Source: a virus
Lineage: Duplodnaviria; Caudoviricetes
IMG/VR virus record: IMGVR_UViG_3300030095_005636
Location: 1-44,078 of that record
DNA length: 44,078 nucleotides
Reading direction: 5' to 3' (one strand)
Notes under the pieces: generated by a model
Told to the model about the DNA's origin: nothing
The model's database searches: none
What the model saw: only the letters and a program-made list of their open reading frames with translations
Translations under genes and position numbers: made by a program
In this document: in pieces, positions 10,683-20,038 of the stretch
Numbering within the stretch: position 1 is the first letter of the stretch
Layout: every line of letters starts with the position of its first letter

Positions 10683-10789
10683 ATTATAAAATTATAATAG
10701 CCTTATTGTTAATAGAAATATCTTTACATATAGTAGAGATAATTATTGATGTATCTGCATATATTGATTTAACTAATTTATTGTCATGA
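10679..10789 (+). CDS. 36-aa hydrophobic peptide (not in ORF track)
   Basis: MNYKIIIALLLIEISLHIVEIIIDVSAYIDLTNLLS*; ATGA overlaps with both neighbours. Confidence 0.6.
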   Translation: MNYKIIIALLLIEISLHIVEIIIDVSAYIDLTNLLS

Positions 10790-11049
10790 AATTTGTAAAG
10801 GATTTAAAACAACGCTTTTCTGATGCGGACAATGTAATTGATTTTAGTGTAGATATGATTTTACTTTTGTTTGATGTGTTGACTACACCTCTATTAATTC
10901 CTATTCGTATCGCAAAATATTATATAAAAAAAGCATTTAGAACTTTTATCAAATCTAACTTAAAATGGCTTTATCATCGTATTTATGACAAAAAAACGAA
11001 GCCCTCAGAGCCTTCAGGAGAGCCATCTAAAGGGTCAGATGACTCTTAG
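10786..11049 (+). CDS. Hypothetical protein
   Basis: Coupled ORF (ATGA overlap) with a central hydrophobic segment. Confidence 0.6.
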   Translation: MKFVKDLKQRFSDADNVIDFSVDMILLLFDVLTTPLLIPIRIAKYYIKKAFRTFIKSNLKWLYHRIYDKKTKPSEPSGEPSKGSDDS

Positions 11050-11056
11050 GTCACCG

Positions 11057-11611
11057 CTAATTTAGCCATCCTACAATAGAAAAACGTGTTCTATGTTTTA
11101 TAGGTAGAATCGCATGAGGATATAAAAAATTACTAGGAAAAAACAAAATATCTCCTACTTCTAAAGGAATCGGTCGTAAAGGTTTGCTTGTTTGTGGGTT
11201 ATAAAAACAAACTTCTCCTCCTTCATAGCCTTCGTTTAAATTTATGATAAACGATAAAATTCTATTCATTGCATGATCTTGGTCAATATGTTTGACATAA
11301 TGACCTCCCTTTTCATATTTAAGTAAATCTACTTGACTTACATCATTCAATACTAATTCTGCAAATTTTTTTTTATAATCAAGAAGACATTGATAGATTT
11401 GTGTGGATACTAAATTAACAATTTTTAAATCGTTTTCATTTTGTAAGTTTAATGAATATCCATAGACATTTCTTTGTTTTTTGTTTTTAAAATCTTTTTG
11501 CCCCAATCCTAATTTTTTTGTGGCCAGTAAGTTTACGATTTTAATTAATTTTAAACAAAGTTGTTCTTCAACAACATTATTATATAATTGAACTGGATTT
11601 ACTTCTACCAT
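11057..11611 (-). CDS. 2OG-Fe(II) oxygenase (prolyl-4-hydroxylase-like)
   Basis: HID...ILSFIINLNEGYEGGE...FPSNFLYPH...R.SIVGW, giving the HxD...H triad and the 2OG-binding Arg. Confidence 0.9.
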   Translation of the reverse strand: MVEVNPVQLYNNVVEEQLCLKLIKIVNLLATKKLGLGQKDFKNKKQRNVYGYSLNLQNENDLKIVNLVSTQIYQCLLDYKKKFAELVLNDVSQVDLLKYEKGGHYVKHIDQDHAMNRILSFIINLNEGYEGGEVCFYNPQTSKPLRPIPLEVGDILFFPSNFLYPHAILPIKHRTRFSIVGWLN

Positions 11612-11658
11612 AAACCTAATATACTATAATTACTATTAATTAATACAAGGATAAAATT

Positions 11659-11970
11659 ATGATGAAATCAAAAGGCTACTCTAAAGGTGGCACTAAAATG
11701 ATGAAAGCTAAAAAAGGCAAGATGGCTAAAGGCTATGCTAAAGGTGGAACAAAAATGATGAAAGCCAAAGGTGGTAAAATGGCAAAAGGCTATTCAAAAG
11801 GCGCCATAATGAAGAAAGCTATGCAAACAGCAAGAGCAAGAGAAGAAGGAGGTCGTCTTAGTTTAAGTGATTTAAGATTAGCGGCTAAAACTATGGGATA
11901 TACTCTTGGAAAAAAGACTGGTAAGAAAACACCACCTGGCCCTGCTTTGTTTACAAAGAAAAAAAAATAA
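11659..11970 (+). CDS. Lys/Met/Gly-rich basic repeat protein, probably virion-associated
   Basis: Repeats of GY(S/A)KGGTKMMKAK; AAGGA RBS. Confidence 0.75.
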   Translation: MMKSKGYSKGGTKMMKAKKGKMAKGYAKGGTKMMKAKGGKMAKGYSKGAIMKKAMQTARAREEGGRLSLSDLRLAAKTMGYTLGKKTGKKTPPGPALFTKKKK

Positions 11971-12005
11971 CTTGATTTTGCATTCCTAGTAATTAATATT
12001 AGGGT

Positions 12006-12686
12006 GTGTCACATTTAATTAGTAACATACCTTATTTTAAATGTTGGGTAAGAAAAGAGTTTACACATAACCATCGCAAGTATCACGGAGAATATTTACA
12101 TGGTTTAGCTGTGGCCGTTACTTCTATACCTGACCGGTGTTTAAGTTTTCAAGTAATATTTACTGGATGTGAAGACGAAGAGAATAGACTAGAAAACCCA
12201 CATGGTGGGGCCATGTGGGCAAGAATTCCAATAACTGCACTAATCGCAGATGAGCCCTTAGAAGAAATGCCCCCTCCCCTACCTACCCACTTTGCGCAAC
12301 CTTGGGACTGTAGTTCCCGAAACTTCGAAGTCATGGCATTAGACAGAACAAGTTCTAGTCCGTGGTTGTGTAAAGTGGATGGTGAATTTTACAAAGGTAA
12401 ATATTATATGACTGTGGATTATACTGGTACAGAAATAGCTGATGATCCGGCACAACACAAACAGTCTCACATTCTTGAACTCACTGATGGTAAGTACAAA
12501 GGCGCTATTGTTGCATTACCTAATAACAGAGTCAGAGTTACCAGTCCAGCAATGTGGGTGACTGGAAAAGGCGCTCCAGATTTTATTCCATCACAATGGT
12601 TACATTCAGCGGAAAAAGATGATAGTTACATGGATTGGGAAACAACTTTTGATAATTTATATAACGATGAAAATACAGAGAAATGA
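12006..12686 (+). CDS. Conserved phage hypothetical protein
   Basis: GTG start; well-formed 226-aa ORF (HGGAMWARIP, QPWDC, DDPAQHKQSH). Confidence 0.75.
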   Translation: MSHLISNIPYFKCWVRKEFTHNHRKYHGEYLHGLAVAVTSIPDRCLSFQVIFTGCEDEENRLENPHGGAMWARIPITALIADEPLEEMPPPLPTHFAQPWDCSSRNFEVMALDRTSSSPWLCKVDGEFYKGKYYMTVDYTGTEIADDPAQHKQSHILELTDGKYKGAIVALPNNRVRVTSPAMWVTGKGAPDFIPSQWLHSAEKDDSYMDWETTFDNLYNDENTEK

Positions 12687-13398
12687 CTCCGAATTTAAAA
12701 TCAATGCGTTTAAAATTGTTAAAAGACACAATTACACCGACTATACAAAAAACGACAACGAAGGCCCCAGAACATATAATATTGGACAATCCAAAGTCCC
12801 TTCTGTTACCACAATACTTAGAGAAACCCAAAGCGAAGAAAAAAAAGCAGGGTTAGATCGGTGGAGAGAACGTGTCGGATATCAAGAAGCCGCACGAATC
12901 ACGACTCAAGCTGCAACTCGTGGCACTGAAATGCATTACATTCTTGAACAGTATTGCCAAGGTAAAGGGTATTTAAATTTATCTCAACAAGGTATCTTAC
13001 CAAGAATGATGGCGCATACTATAGTAGAAAATTTAGGAAAACTATCAGAGGTATGGGGCACTGAAATAAACTTACATTTTGACACACAATGGGCAGGCAC
13101 TGCAGATTTAATTGGTGTGTATGATGGTAAACCAAGTATTATGGATTTTAAACAATCTAATAAACCTAAAAGAGAAGAGTGGATTGAAGATTATTATTAT
13201 CAACTTGCTGCTTATTCTTTGGCTCATAAATTATGTTTTGAAAACATATATCAAGGTGTTGTTTTTGTCTGTACAAAAGATTTGTTGTTTCAAAAGTTTG
13301 TAATTAGCGATGATCTTTTAAAAGAATATCAAGATAAATGGTTTACAAAAGTGTATGAGTTTCATAAAAACTGGGAAACTTCTTCACCAAGTGTTTGA
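12667..13398 (+). CDS. PD-(D/E)xK exonuclease (Cas4/MGME1-like phage family)
   Basis: PSVTTIL, RGTEMH, AGTADL, DFKQS and YYYQLAAY motifs; ATG at 12667. Confidence 0.85.
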   Translation: MKIQRNDSEFKINAFKIVKRHNYTDYTKNDNEGPRTYNIGQSKVPSVTTILRETQSEEKKAGLDRWRERVGYQEAARITTQAATRGTEMHYILEQYCQGKGYLNLSQQGILPRMMAHTIVENLGKLSEVWGTEINLHFDTQWAGTADLIGVYDGKPSIMDFKQSNKPKREEWIEDYYYQLAAYSLAHKLCFENIYQGVVFVCTKDLLFQKFVISDDLLKEYQDKWFTKVYEFHKNWETSSPSV

Positions 13399-14768
13399 GC
13401 ACTAATTTTTAATTTGTTATTTAAAACTTTTAAAATAAATTCATCTATTGTTTTGTTTGCAACAATATCTATATAAGTAACATTTTTTGTTTGACCTATC
13501 CTATGGGCTCTATCTTCAGATTGTTGTCTTACCTCAAGATTATAGGAATTACTAAAATATACTACATAATTTGCTTGAGTTAAATTTAATCCGTAACCTC
13601 CAGTAGTGGGGTTGCCTACAAAAAACTTAACATTTTTATTTTCTTGAAAATTAATTACAGCAGAGTTTCTTGCCTCTACAGAAACAGCTCCGTATATAGC
13701 AACTGTACTTCTTTCCCCATATTTTTTTTTTAAAGTATTAATAATTTGTTCTATATTATAAATATAGTTTGCCCAAATTATAACTTTTCCGTCTATTTCT
13801 TCTAATATATTTAACAATTCTGTTAATTTAGCATTGCTTAATTCTTTAATTTCTCCTTCATCTGTGGTAATAAAACCATTACAAACTTGTTGTAATTTAA
13901 TTATTTCTGTTAACTTATTATTATAAGAAGCTTCTTCATCTTCAATAATAGTTCTTGCATATTGTTTTAATTCATCATAATTTTCTTGTTGTTGTTTAGA
14001 TAGATTAATCAACCTTTTTTGATATATTTTTGCAGGTAAATCTAAACAATCTTCTTTTTTTACTCTGTATGTAAACCCTTTTATTTTATTTTCTAACTCG
14101 TCTAAATTGGTATAGTATAAGGGTATCATCAAATTTTTGTTACCTCCAACTTGAATGGTTTTCATAATAGAATATCTTGCTCTAAATACATAAAAATTAG
14201 TAAATCCTAATAAAGATGGACATAAAAATCCACATTGGCTATAAAGGTCTAAAGGAGATTTAGTAATTGGAGAGCCTGTTAAAATTCTTTTGTAAGGTAC
14301 TTTTGTGGATAGCTGGATTATATTTTTTGTTCTTTTGGCTGACCTATTCTTTATAGTTGTAGATTCATCTATGACTATGGCCATTGTTTTACAAAATTGA
14401 TCTGTTAATTGTTTAACAATTTTAACTCCTGATGAGTGCGAAAAAGCCTCCACATTAATTAAAAAAAAATTTAATTGGTCTTTTTTAAACTCAAATTTTT
14501 TATCTTTTTTATATGTATGTACATAAACGTCTTCTGGGCAATGAGTTTGTATTTCAGTTTTCCAATTAAAATACACTGAGTTTGGAGCAATTACTAATAC
14601 TAAATTTATCTTTTTTGTTTGGTACAAATAAGTCATGTTGTCAATACAGACTTTTGTTTTACCTGTGCCCATTTCCATAAAATATCCAAACAGTTTTTTT
14701 TCTGCTCCTTGTATAAGAGCTGTTCTTTGATGTTCAAAAGGTTTTGTTTTATATGTGTATTTCTGCAT
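13362..14768 (-). CDS. SNF2-family (SF2) helicase
   Basis: MEMGTGKT (Walker A), IDES, LTGSP, GGYGLNL and QSEDRAHRIGQ motifs. Confidence 0.92.
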   Translation of the reverse strand: MQKYTYKTKPFEHQRTALIQGAEKKLFGYFMEMGTGKTKVCIDNMTYLYQTKKINLVLVIAPNSVYFNWKTEIQTHCPEDVYVHTYKKDKKFEFKKDQLNFFLINVEAFSHSSGVKIVKQLTDQFCKTMAIVIDESTTIKNRSAKRTKNIIQLSTKVPYKRILTGSPITKSPLDLYSQCGFLCPSLLGFTNFYVFRARYSIMKTIQVGGNKNLMIPLYYTNLDELENKIKGFTYRVKKEDCLDLPAKIYQKRLINLSKQQQENYDELKQYARTIIEDEEASYNNKLTEIIKLQQVCNGFITTDEGEIKELSNAKLTELLNILEEIDGKVIIWANYIYNIEQIINTLKKKYGERSTVAIYGAVSVEARNSAVINFQENKNVKFFVGNPTTGGYGLNLTQANYVVYFSNSYNLEVRQQSEDRAHRIGQTKNVTYIDIVANKTIDEFILKVLNNKLKISAQTLGEEVSQFL

Positions 14769-14854
14769 ATCTTATCACGATTGATGACATCTTAAATTTT
14801 TTATTTGACAATGTAAAGAAAAAAAATTAATCTCTAAAATGAAAAGGAGGTCTT

Positions 14855-15400
14855 ATGGACTTAGAAGCAGAATCCGCTAGTATCAAAGTGGACACGGGCT
14901 TATCTTCGGATATAGCTCAATCTTGCAACAAGTTATTGGATACTCAGAAACAAATTGTGAAGTGTAAAGAAAATCTGGCAAAGCTAGAAGACACAGAGCG
15001 AAATCTTTCTGAGCAAGTTATTCCTAACTTGATGCAACAATCTGGTATAAGTATGTTGAAACTTTCAGACGGCTCTGCCGTTGAAGTTAAACCTTTTTAT
15101 GCCGCTAAAATTCCTACATCTAGAACCGAAGAAGCTTTTAATTGGCTAAGAGGTAAAGGATATGGGGATTTAATAAAAAATAATGTTACTTTATCGTTTG
15201 GAAAATCTGAAGACAATGTGGCTAAATCACTTGTACAAGATTTAAGAAGTAAAGGACATAATGTATCTCAAAAAGAAAAAGTGGAACCAATGACTCTTAA
15301 AGCATTTGTAAGAGAACAAATACAAGGGGGTCAAGAAATGCCAATGGATCTATTTGGGGTATATGTTGCTAACAAAACTAAAATAACAAGAAAGGACTAA
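14855..15400 (+). CDS. Hypothetical replication-module protein (coiled coil)
   Basis: AAAGGAGG RBS; AFNWLR..GYGDLIKN and VEPMTLKAFVRE motifs. Confidence 0.75.
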   Translation: MDLEAESASIKVDTGLSSDIAQSCNKLLDTQKQIVKCKENLAKLEDTERNLSEQVIPNLMQQSGISMLKLSDGSAVEVKPFYAAKIPTSRTEEAFNWLRGKGYGDLIKNNVTLSFGKSEDNVAKSLVQDLRSKGHNVSQKEKVEPMTLKAFVREQIQGGQEMPMDLFGVYVANKTKITRKD

Positions 15401-15402
15401 CA

Positions 15403-16200
15403 ATGAACCAAGTAGCAAATAAAAAACAAACCTTGCCTCAATCAGTAAGCTTAGAAGAGTTTTCCGGTCAAGGGCAAGAATATATTACAGCTAGAGATAC
15501 AAAGTTGCCAATACTTAAACTATTAAGCAGCAACTCTCCAGTGTTAAATCCAAGTGATGCAAAATATAATGAAAAAGCAAAACAAGGAGATATATACAAT
15601 GAAATAACAAACTCTTTATACAGAGGTAACGAAGGTGTTTTAGTGGTGCCTTGTTTGTATATGAATACCTTTAACGAATGGGCAGATCGAGGAGATAGTC
15701 CAGGCAGACCTATTCAAATACATAGAGATGCCTCTATTATAAATCAAACTCAAAGAGGAGATGATGGAAGAGATCGTTTACAAAATGGTAATTATGTAGA
15801 AGACACTGGTAATCACTTTGTTTATATATTGGATAAAAATTATACACCAATTGAACAAGCTTTAATTACAATGAAGTCTACACAAAAAAAGAAATCTAAA
15901 CTTTGGAATTCAATGATGCAAAGTAGGAGACTTGAAGGCAAAAAAGGTTTTTTTACACCACCTTCTTGGGCAACAGTATACAGATTAGGAACTGTTCAAG
16001 AATCTAACTCAAAAGGCAACTGGCCAGGATGGTCTGTGGCTTTTGATTCTTATTTAGATAAACCAGAGCATTCTGGTATTTTAAAACTTACGAAAAGTTT
16101 TTATGAGAGTGCTATGGAATCTGATATTTTTGGTAAAGTGGATTTTAAAGATGAAAAAACACAAACCAAAGCACCGATAAAAGAAGACGTTCCTTTTTAA
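15403..16200 (+). CDS. Putative single-stranded DNA-binding protein
   Basis: Located in the replication module; ends in an acidic-aromatic SSB-type tail (KEDVPF). Confidence 0.6.
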   Translation: MNQVANKKQTLPQSVSLEEFSGQGQEYITARDTKLPILKLLSSNSPVLNPSDAKYNEKAKQGDIYNEITNSLYRGNEGVLVVPCLYMNTFNEWADRGDSPGRPIQIHRDASIINQTQRGDDGRDRLQNGNYVEDTGNHFVYILDKNYTPIEQALITMKSTQKKKSKLWNSMMQSRRLEGKKGFFTPPSWATVYRLGTVQESNSKGNWPGWSVAFDSYLDKPEHSGILKLTKSFYESAMESDIFGKVDFKDEKTQTKAPIKEDVPF

Positions 16201-17775
16201 ATGCACAAGCAACTGTTAGAGTTGTTTGAAGGTGATTCGTCACGCTATCTCAAATCCTCGCTAACTGGCGAGGATGACGAGAGAGGAAAACGAAATGCCA
16301 ACTATGTTACTGTGCACGAATCTGTGAATGCAGACATTTGGAAACAACATTTAGAGGGAAGTTTAAGATTAGGTTTGCGCCCAGAAATAGAGGGTATGTG
16401 CAAGTGGGCATGTATTGATGTAGATCCAAATAATTATAAAGATTATTCAGAAAAAAAATATGTTGAGATAATTAATAAATATACTCTGCCGTTTATTCCA
16501 GTAAAGTCTAAATCTGGAGGGTTGCATATTTTTGTTTTTTTTACAGAAAAAGCTGAATGTGAAAAAGTATTAAAAAAATTATCAGAGATAAACGAACAAT
16601 ATTTTTTAGCGCAAGAATTGTTTCCGTGTAATAAAGCCGTAAATATGCCTTACCACAACATGAATGCTTCAATGGAATTTGGTTTTGATAATAACAATAC
16701 ACCAATTATGGTCGGTCGTTTTATTGAATTAGCTGCAGAAAAAAAAATTAAACCTAAAGATTTTTTTAGTTTGAAGGTCAAAGAGTATGAGGCAGAAAGT
16801 GAATGGAGTCATTACCCTCCATGTGTGCAAAAATTAATTCAAGAGGGTTGGTCCGGCAACAATAGAAATAATTTTTTGTTTAATGTTCTTGTTTTAGAAA
16901 TGAAAAAAAACAGTACATTGACAGTACAGAATTTAGAAGAAGTAGGTAAAGAACGTAATCGCCAGATATTTAATAAACCCTTGGATAATAATGAAGTAAT
17001 TCAATTAGCTAAATCAGTTCACAAAGGAGGCTATCAATTTCAGTGTCCTCCTAAACACCCAGAGTATAATCCAATTTGTAATAAAGAATTATGTAAATCC
17101 AGAAGGTTAGGTATTGGTGAAGCTGTTCCAGAAATTATTAGCGCTTTTGATAAAATCAGTTATATCCAAGATACTAAAAATGTGTGGTATGAGTTTGACT
17201 TCAAAGGAGTTCGAATTACAGTAACTCCAGAAGACATGAAAGATGAAAAATCATTTAGGGTAAGACTATTAAAGCATAGACTGTACTGGTTGACCTTGCC
17301 TAAACCAAGGAAAGGCCCAAGTCCTTTTGAACTATTAATGAAATCAATAGTAGAAAAAGCCGAGGAATCAAAAGATCATCAATATGTAGATACTATTGAG
17401 GAAGAGCGTTATATGGTTTTAAAAGATTTTTTTGAATCGCATATTGAACAAGATAAATTTGATAAGTTAAAAGATGGGTATGTAGTCTTAGATTCTAAGA
17501 GTAATATATGTTATTTTAAAAAATTGACTTTAGATAGGTTTTTAAAGAAACACGCCTCTCGGACCTTCAATACTACTGCCGATGCGCTTCGTATGTTAGG
17601 ATGTGAAAGGGCAGATTATAAAGAGGGTGAAAAGAATGTTTGGTTTGTAGATATGCCAGAATTTGTAAACCATCAATCTATTAAAAAAACTATAGCTAAA
17701 GACGAAATAAGCGAAATGGATGAAGATTATCATGGAAAATTTAAAGCAAAAAGTTCTACACCACAAAACAATTAA
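16201..17775 (+). CDS. Primase-polymerase (AEP-type) with PriCT-like and Cys-cluster domains
   Basis: CIDVD (DxD), SKSGGLH, YPPC, GNNRNNFLF (PriCT-like), C..H.....C....C. Confidence 0.8.
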   Translation: MHKQLLELFEGDSSRYLKSSLTGEDDERGKRNANYVTVHESVNADIWKQHLEGSLRLGLRPEIEGMCKWACIDVDPNNYKDYSEKKYVEIINKYTLPFIPVKSKSGGLHIFVFFTEKAECEKVLKKLSEINEQYFLAQELFPCNKAVNMPYHNMNASMEFGFDNNNTPIMVGRFIELAAEKKIKPKDFFSLKVKEYEAESEWSHYPPCVQKLIQEGWSGNNRNNFLFNVLVLEMKKNSTLTVQNLEEVGKERNRQIFNKPLDNNEVIQLAKSVHKGGYQFQCPPKHPEYNPICNKELCKSRRLGIGEAVPEIISAFDKISYIQDTKNVWYEFDFKGVRITVTPEDMKDEKSFRVRLLKHRLYWLTLPKPRKGPSPFELLMKSIVEKAEESKDHQYVDTIEEERYMVLKDFFESHIEQDKFDKLKDGYVVLDSKSNICYFKKLTLDRFLKKHASRTFNTTADALRMLGCERADYKEGEKNVWFVDMPEFVNHQSIKKTIAKDEISEMDEDYHGKFKAKSSTPQNN

Positions 17776-19333
17776 AATTTTTGGTCCACCAGGAACAGGC
17801 AAAACTTATACTTTAATTGAAAGAGTTTTAAAAGGGTACTTAAAAAAAGGAGTTCATCCAAAAGATATTGCTTTTATTTCATTTACAAATAAAGCTGTTA
17901 ATACTGCAATGGACAGAGCATTAGCTACCTTTACTCAATACACTGAGGATGACTTTGCTCGGTTCAAGACCCTTCACAAATATTGTAGAAGATACTTTGA
18001 TGAAGAAGTCTTTGATCCAAAGAACTGTATGTTAGATTATGCCTTACAAGCAAAAATTATTAAAGGTTCTGATAGTAGATTATCAGAAGATGGGTTTTTA
18101 TATAAAGATTGGTCTTTAGGTGTCTACGACAAAGCTAGGAACATGTTGCAAGATCCAAAACTTATTTATAAACAAGAGTCTTACAAAAAAGACAATATGG
18201 ATATTTTCCTACGAAAAATAGATACTTATGAACATTACAAAAAAGACTCTTTTATAGATTTTACTGACATGATTGAGAGAACTATTAACGAAGTTGACTT
18301 TCCGTCTTTAGAGGTTTTAATTTTAGATGAAGCTCAAGATTTTACTCCATTACAATGGTCTGTAATTTATAAAATGTCAGATAAAGTAAAAAGAATTTAT
18401 TTAGCCGGGGATGATGATCAAGGTATTTACAAATGGAATGGGGCAGATCCAAAATATTTTACAACTTACTTTCCGGGTAGAAAAGTTATTTTAAGAAAAA
18501 CAAGAAGGTTTGGAAAACAAATTCATCACTTTTCTCAAATTATTAGAAGGGGTATATTAGATAGTGTTAAAAAAGATTATGAGTATTTAAACAAGAAAGG
18601 ATATGTCAAAAGATATCTAAACTTTAATGAAGTTCCCTTTACTAAGTTAAAAGGTTCTTGGTATCTTTTAGGTAGAGTACATTCTACAGTTCTTGAATTA
18701 AAAATGGCTGCAAAAAGTTTGGGTTTATATTATGCGGATAATAAAGGAAATAAATCTTTTGATTCTAAACAATGGCAAAGTATAAAAGCATGGACTGTTT
18801 TAGCCAACAACAAAAAAATTACAAGGGATCAAGCTGAAAATATGTATAGGTACATTAGGCAGTTAAAGGATTTAAAATTTAGAACTCCTAAATTTTGGCA
18901 AGATATTCCTAGAGAAGATATGTTTAATTTTAAAGAGTTGAAAGAATGGATGGGTTTAGATGTTACAGATGAATTTCAAAGAGAGCCTTGGTGGAAGATA
19001 TTAAAAAGAAATTTTAAACCAGAACAAACTGTTTATTTTACACGTTTACTACAAAGATATGGTCAAAAAACTTTAGATCAAATACCTTCTATTGTGATTG
19101 ATACTATTCATTCCGTAAAAGGTGGTGAAGCCGACAATGTTTTAATTTATTCAAAAACAAATTGGCCTGCCTCCTTTTCTCACAAAAACACACTTGAACA
19201 GTCTGACGAAAAAAGGGTATACTATACTGGAGTTACCAGAGCGAGGGATACTTTGCATATATTGAGTACAGACCACAGATACAATTATCCAATAGGCAAA
19301 GATTATTTTACTTACTTAAGGGAAAGCGCATGA
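17720..19333 (+). CDS. UvrD/Rep-like SF1 helicase
   Basis: GPPGTGKT, DEAQD, GDDDQGIY, TIHSVKGGE and YTGVTRA motifs. Confidence 0.92.
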   Translation: MKIIMENLKQKVLHHKTIKIFGPPGTGKTYTLIERVLKGYLKKGVHPKDIAFISFTNKAVNTAMDRALATFTQYTEDDFARFKTLHKYCRRYFDEEVFDPKNCMLDYALQAKIIKGSDSRLSEDGFLYKDWSLGVYDKARNMLQDPKLIYKQESYKKDNMDIFLRKIDTYEHYKKDSFIDFTDMIERTINEVDFPSLEVLILDEAQDFTPLQWSVIYKMSDKVKRIYLAGDDDQGIYKWNGADPKYFTTYFPGRKVILRKTRRFGKQIHHFSQIIRRGILDSVKKDYEYLNKKGYVKRYLNFNEVPFTKLKGSWYLLGRVHSTVLELKMAAKSLGLYYADNKGNKSFDSKQWQSIKAWTVLANNKKITRDQAENMYRYIRQLKDLKFRTPKFWQDIPREDMFNFKELKEWMGLDVTDEFQREPWWKILKRNFKPEQTVYFTRLLQRYGQKTLDQIPSIVIDTIHSVKGGEADNVLIYSKTNWPASFSHKNTLEQSDEKRVYYTGVTRARDTLHILSTDHRYNYPIGKDYFTYLRESA

Positions 19334-19845
19334 ATAAATATTTTTGTAAATTACCTTTTAACGATTATTATGAACCTAAGTTTATAAAGATAATTAAAAA
19401 CCCTAAAACACAATGGATTAAATATTATAATTTTGACGCAGTTCGTGTGTTTCCTAACATCATTACAAAAGATCCTTTTTATGAATGGCTTTATGAGGAG
19501 CATACTTTTACAGGAGGTATATTAAGACTACCACCAAACACTGTTTATAACTGGCATAAAGATTCTATGCGTGGAGTGTGTATTAATCATTTAATTGACT
19601 ATAATTTAGGTGACAGTCATTGTTTATTTAGAGATAGTGAGGAAGTAGCGCATTTTTTTACTGAATTAAAATATATACGAGGGGCTCGATATTTATTTAA
19701 TAATCAAATGGATCACATGGTTGTTAACCTATCAGAGACTCGATACTTATTTACAATAGAGTTTGATGAAGACAAAACAAAACTCTCTTACGATCAATTA
19801 TTAAATGAAATAAAGGAAAACTATGAGCCTATACAAAAAGGGTAG
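19330..19845 (+). CDS. Putative DSBH/cupin Fe(II) oxygenase-like protein
   Basis: YNWHKD (HxD) with distal DHMVVN...R. Confidence 0.5.
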   Translation: MNKYFCKLPFNDYYEPKFIKIIKNPKTQWIKYYNFDAVRVFPNIITKDPFYEWLYEEHTFTGGILRLPPNTVYNWHKDSMRGVCINHLIDYNLGDSHCLFRDSEEVAHFFTELKYIRGARYLFNNQMDHMVVNLSETRYLFTIEFDEDKTKLSYDQLLNEIKENYEPIQKG

Positions 19846-20038
19846 TGCACACTACAAATTATTAAAAATACAACCTGTTAAATTTATAAATGAAAATAAA
19901 TTATTGTTTGCAGAGGGTAATGTTATAAAATATACATGTAGGCATGATAAGCCTACTGGCAAAGGAGCAGCAGATATTGATAAAGCAATTCATTACTTAG
20001 AGTTTATCAAAGAAAGAGATTATTCAAGTGAAACTTAA
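19823..20038 (+). CDS. DUF3310 / T7 gp1.7-like nucleotide kinase
   Basis: HY....QP..FI...F.EGNVIKY..R......D..KA..YL signature. Confidence 0.8.
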   Translation: MSLYKKGSAHYKLLKIQPVKFINENKLLFAEGNVIKYTCRHDKPTGKGAADIDKAIHYLEFIKERDYSSET

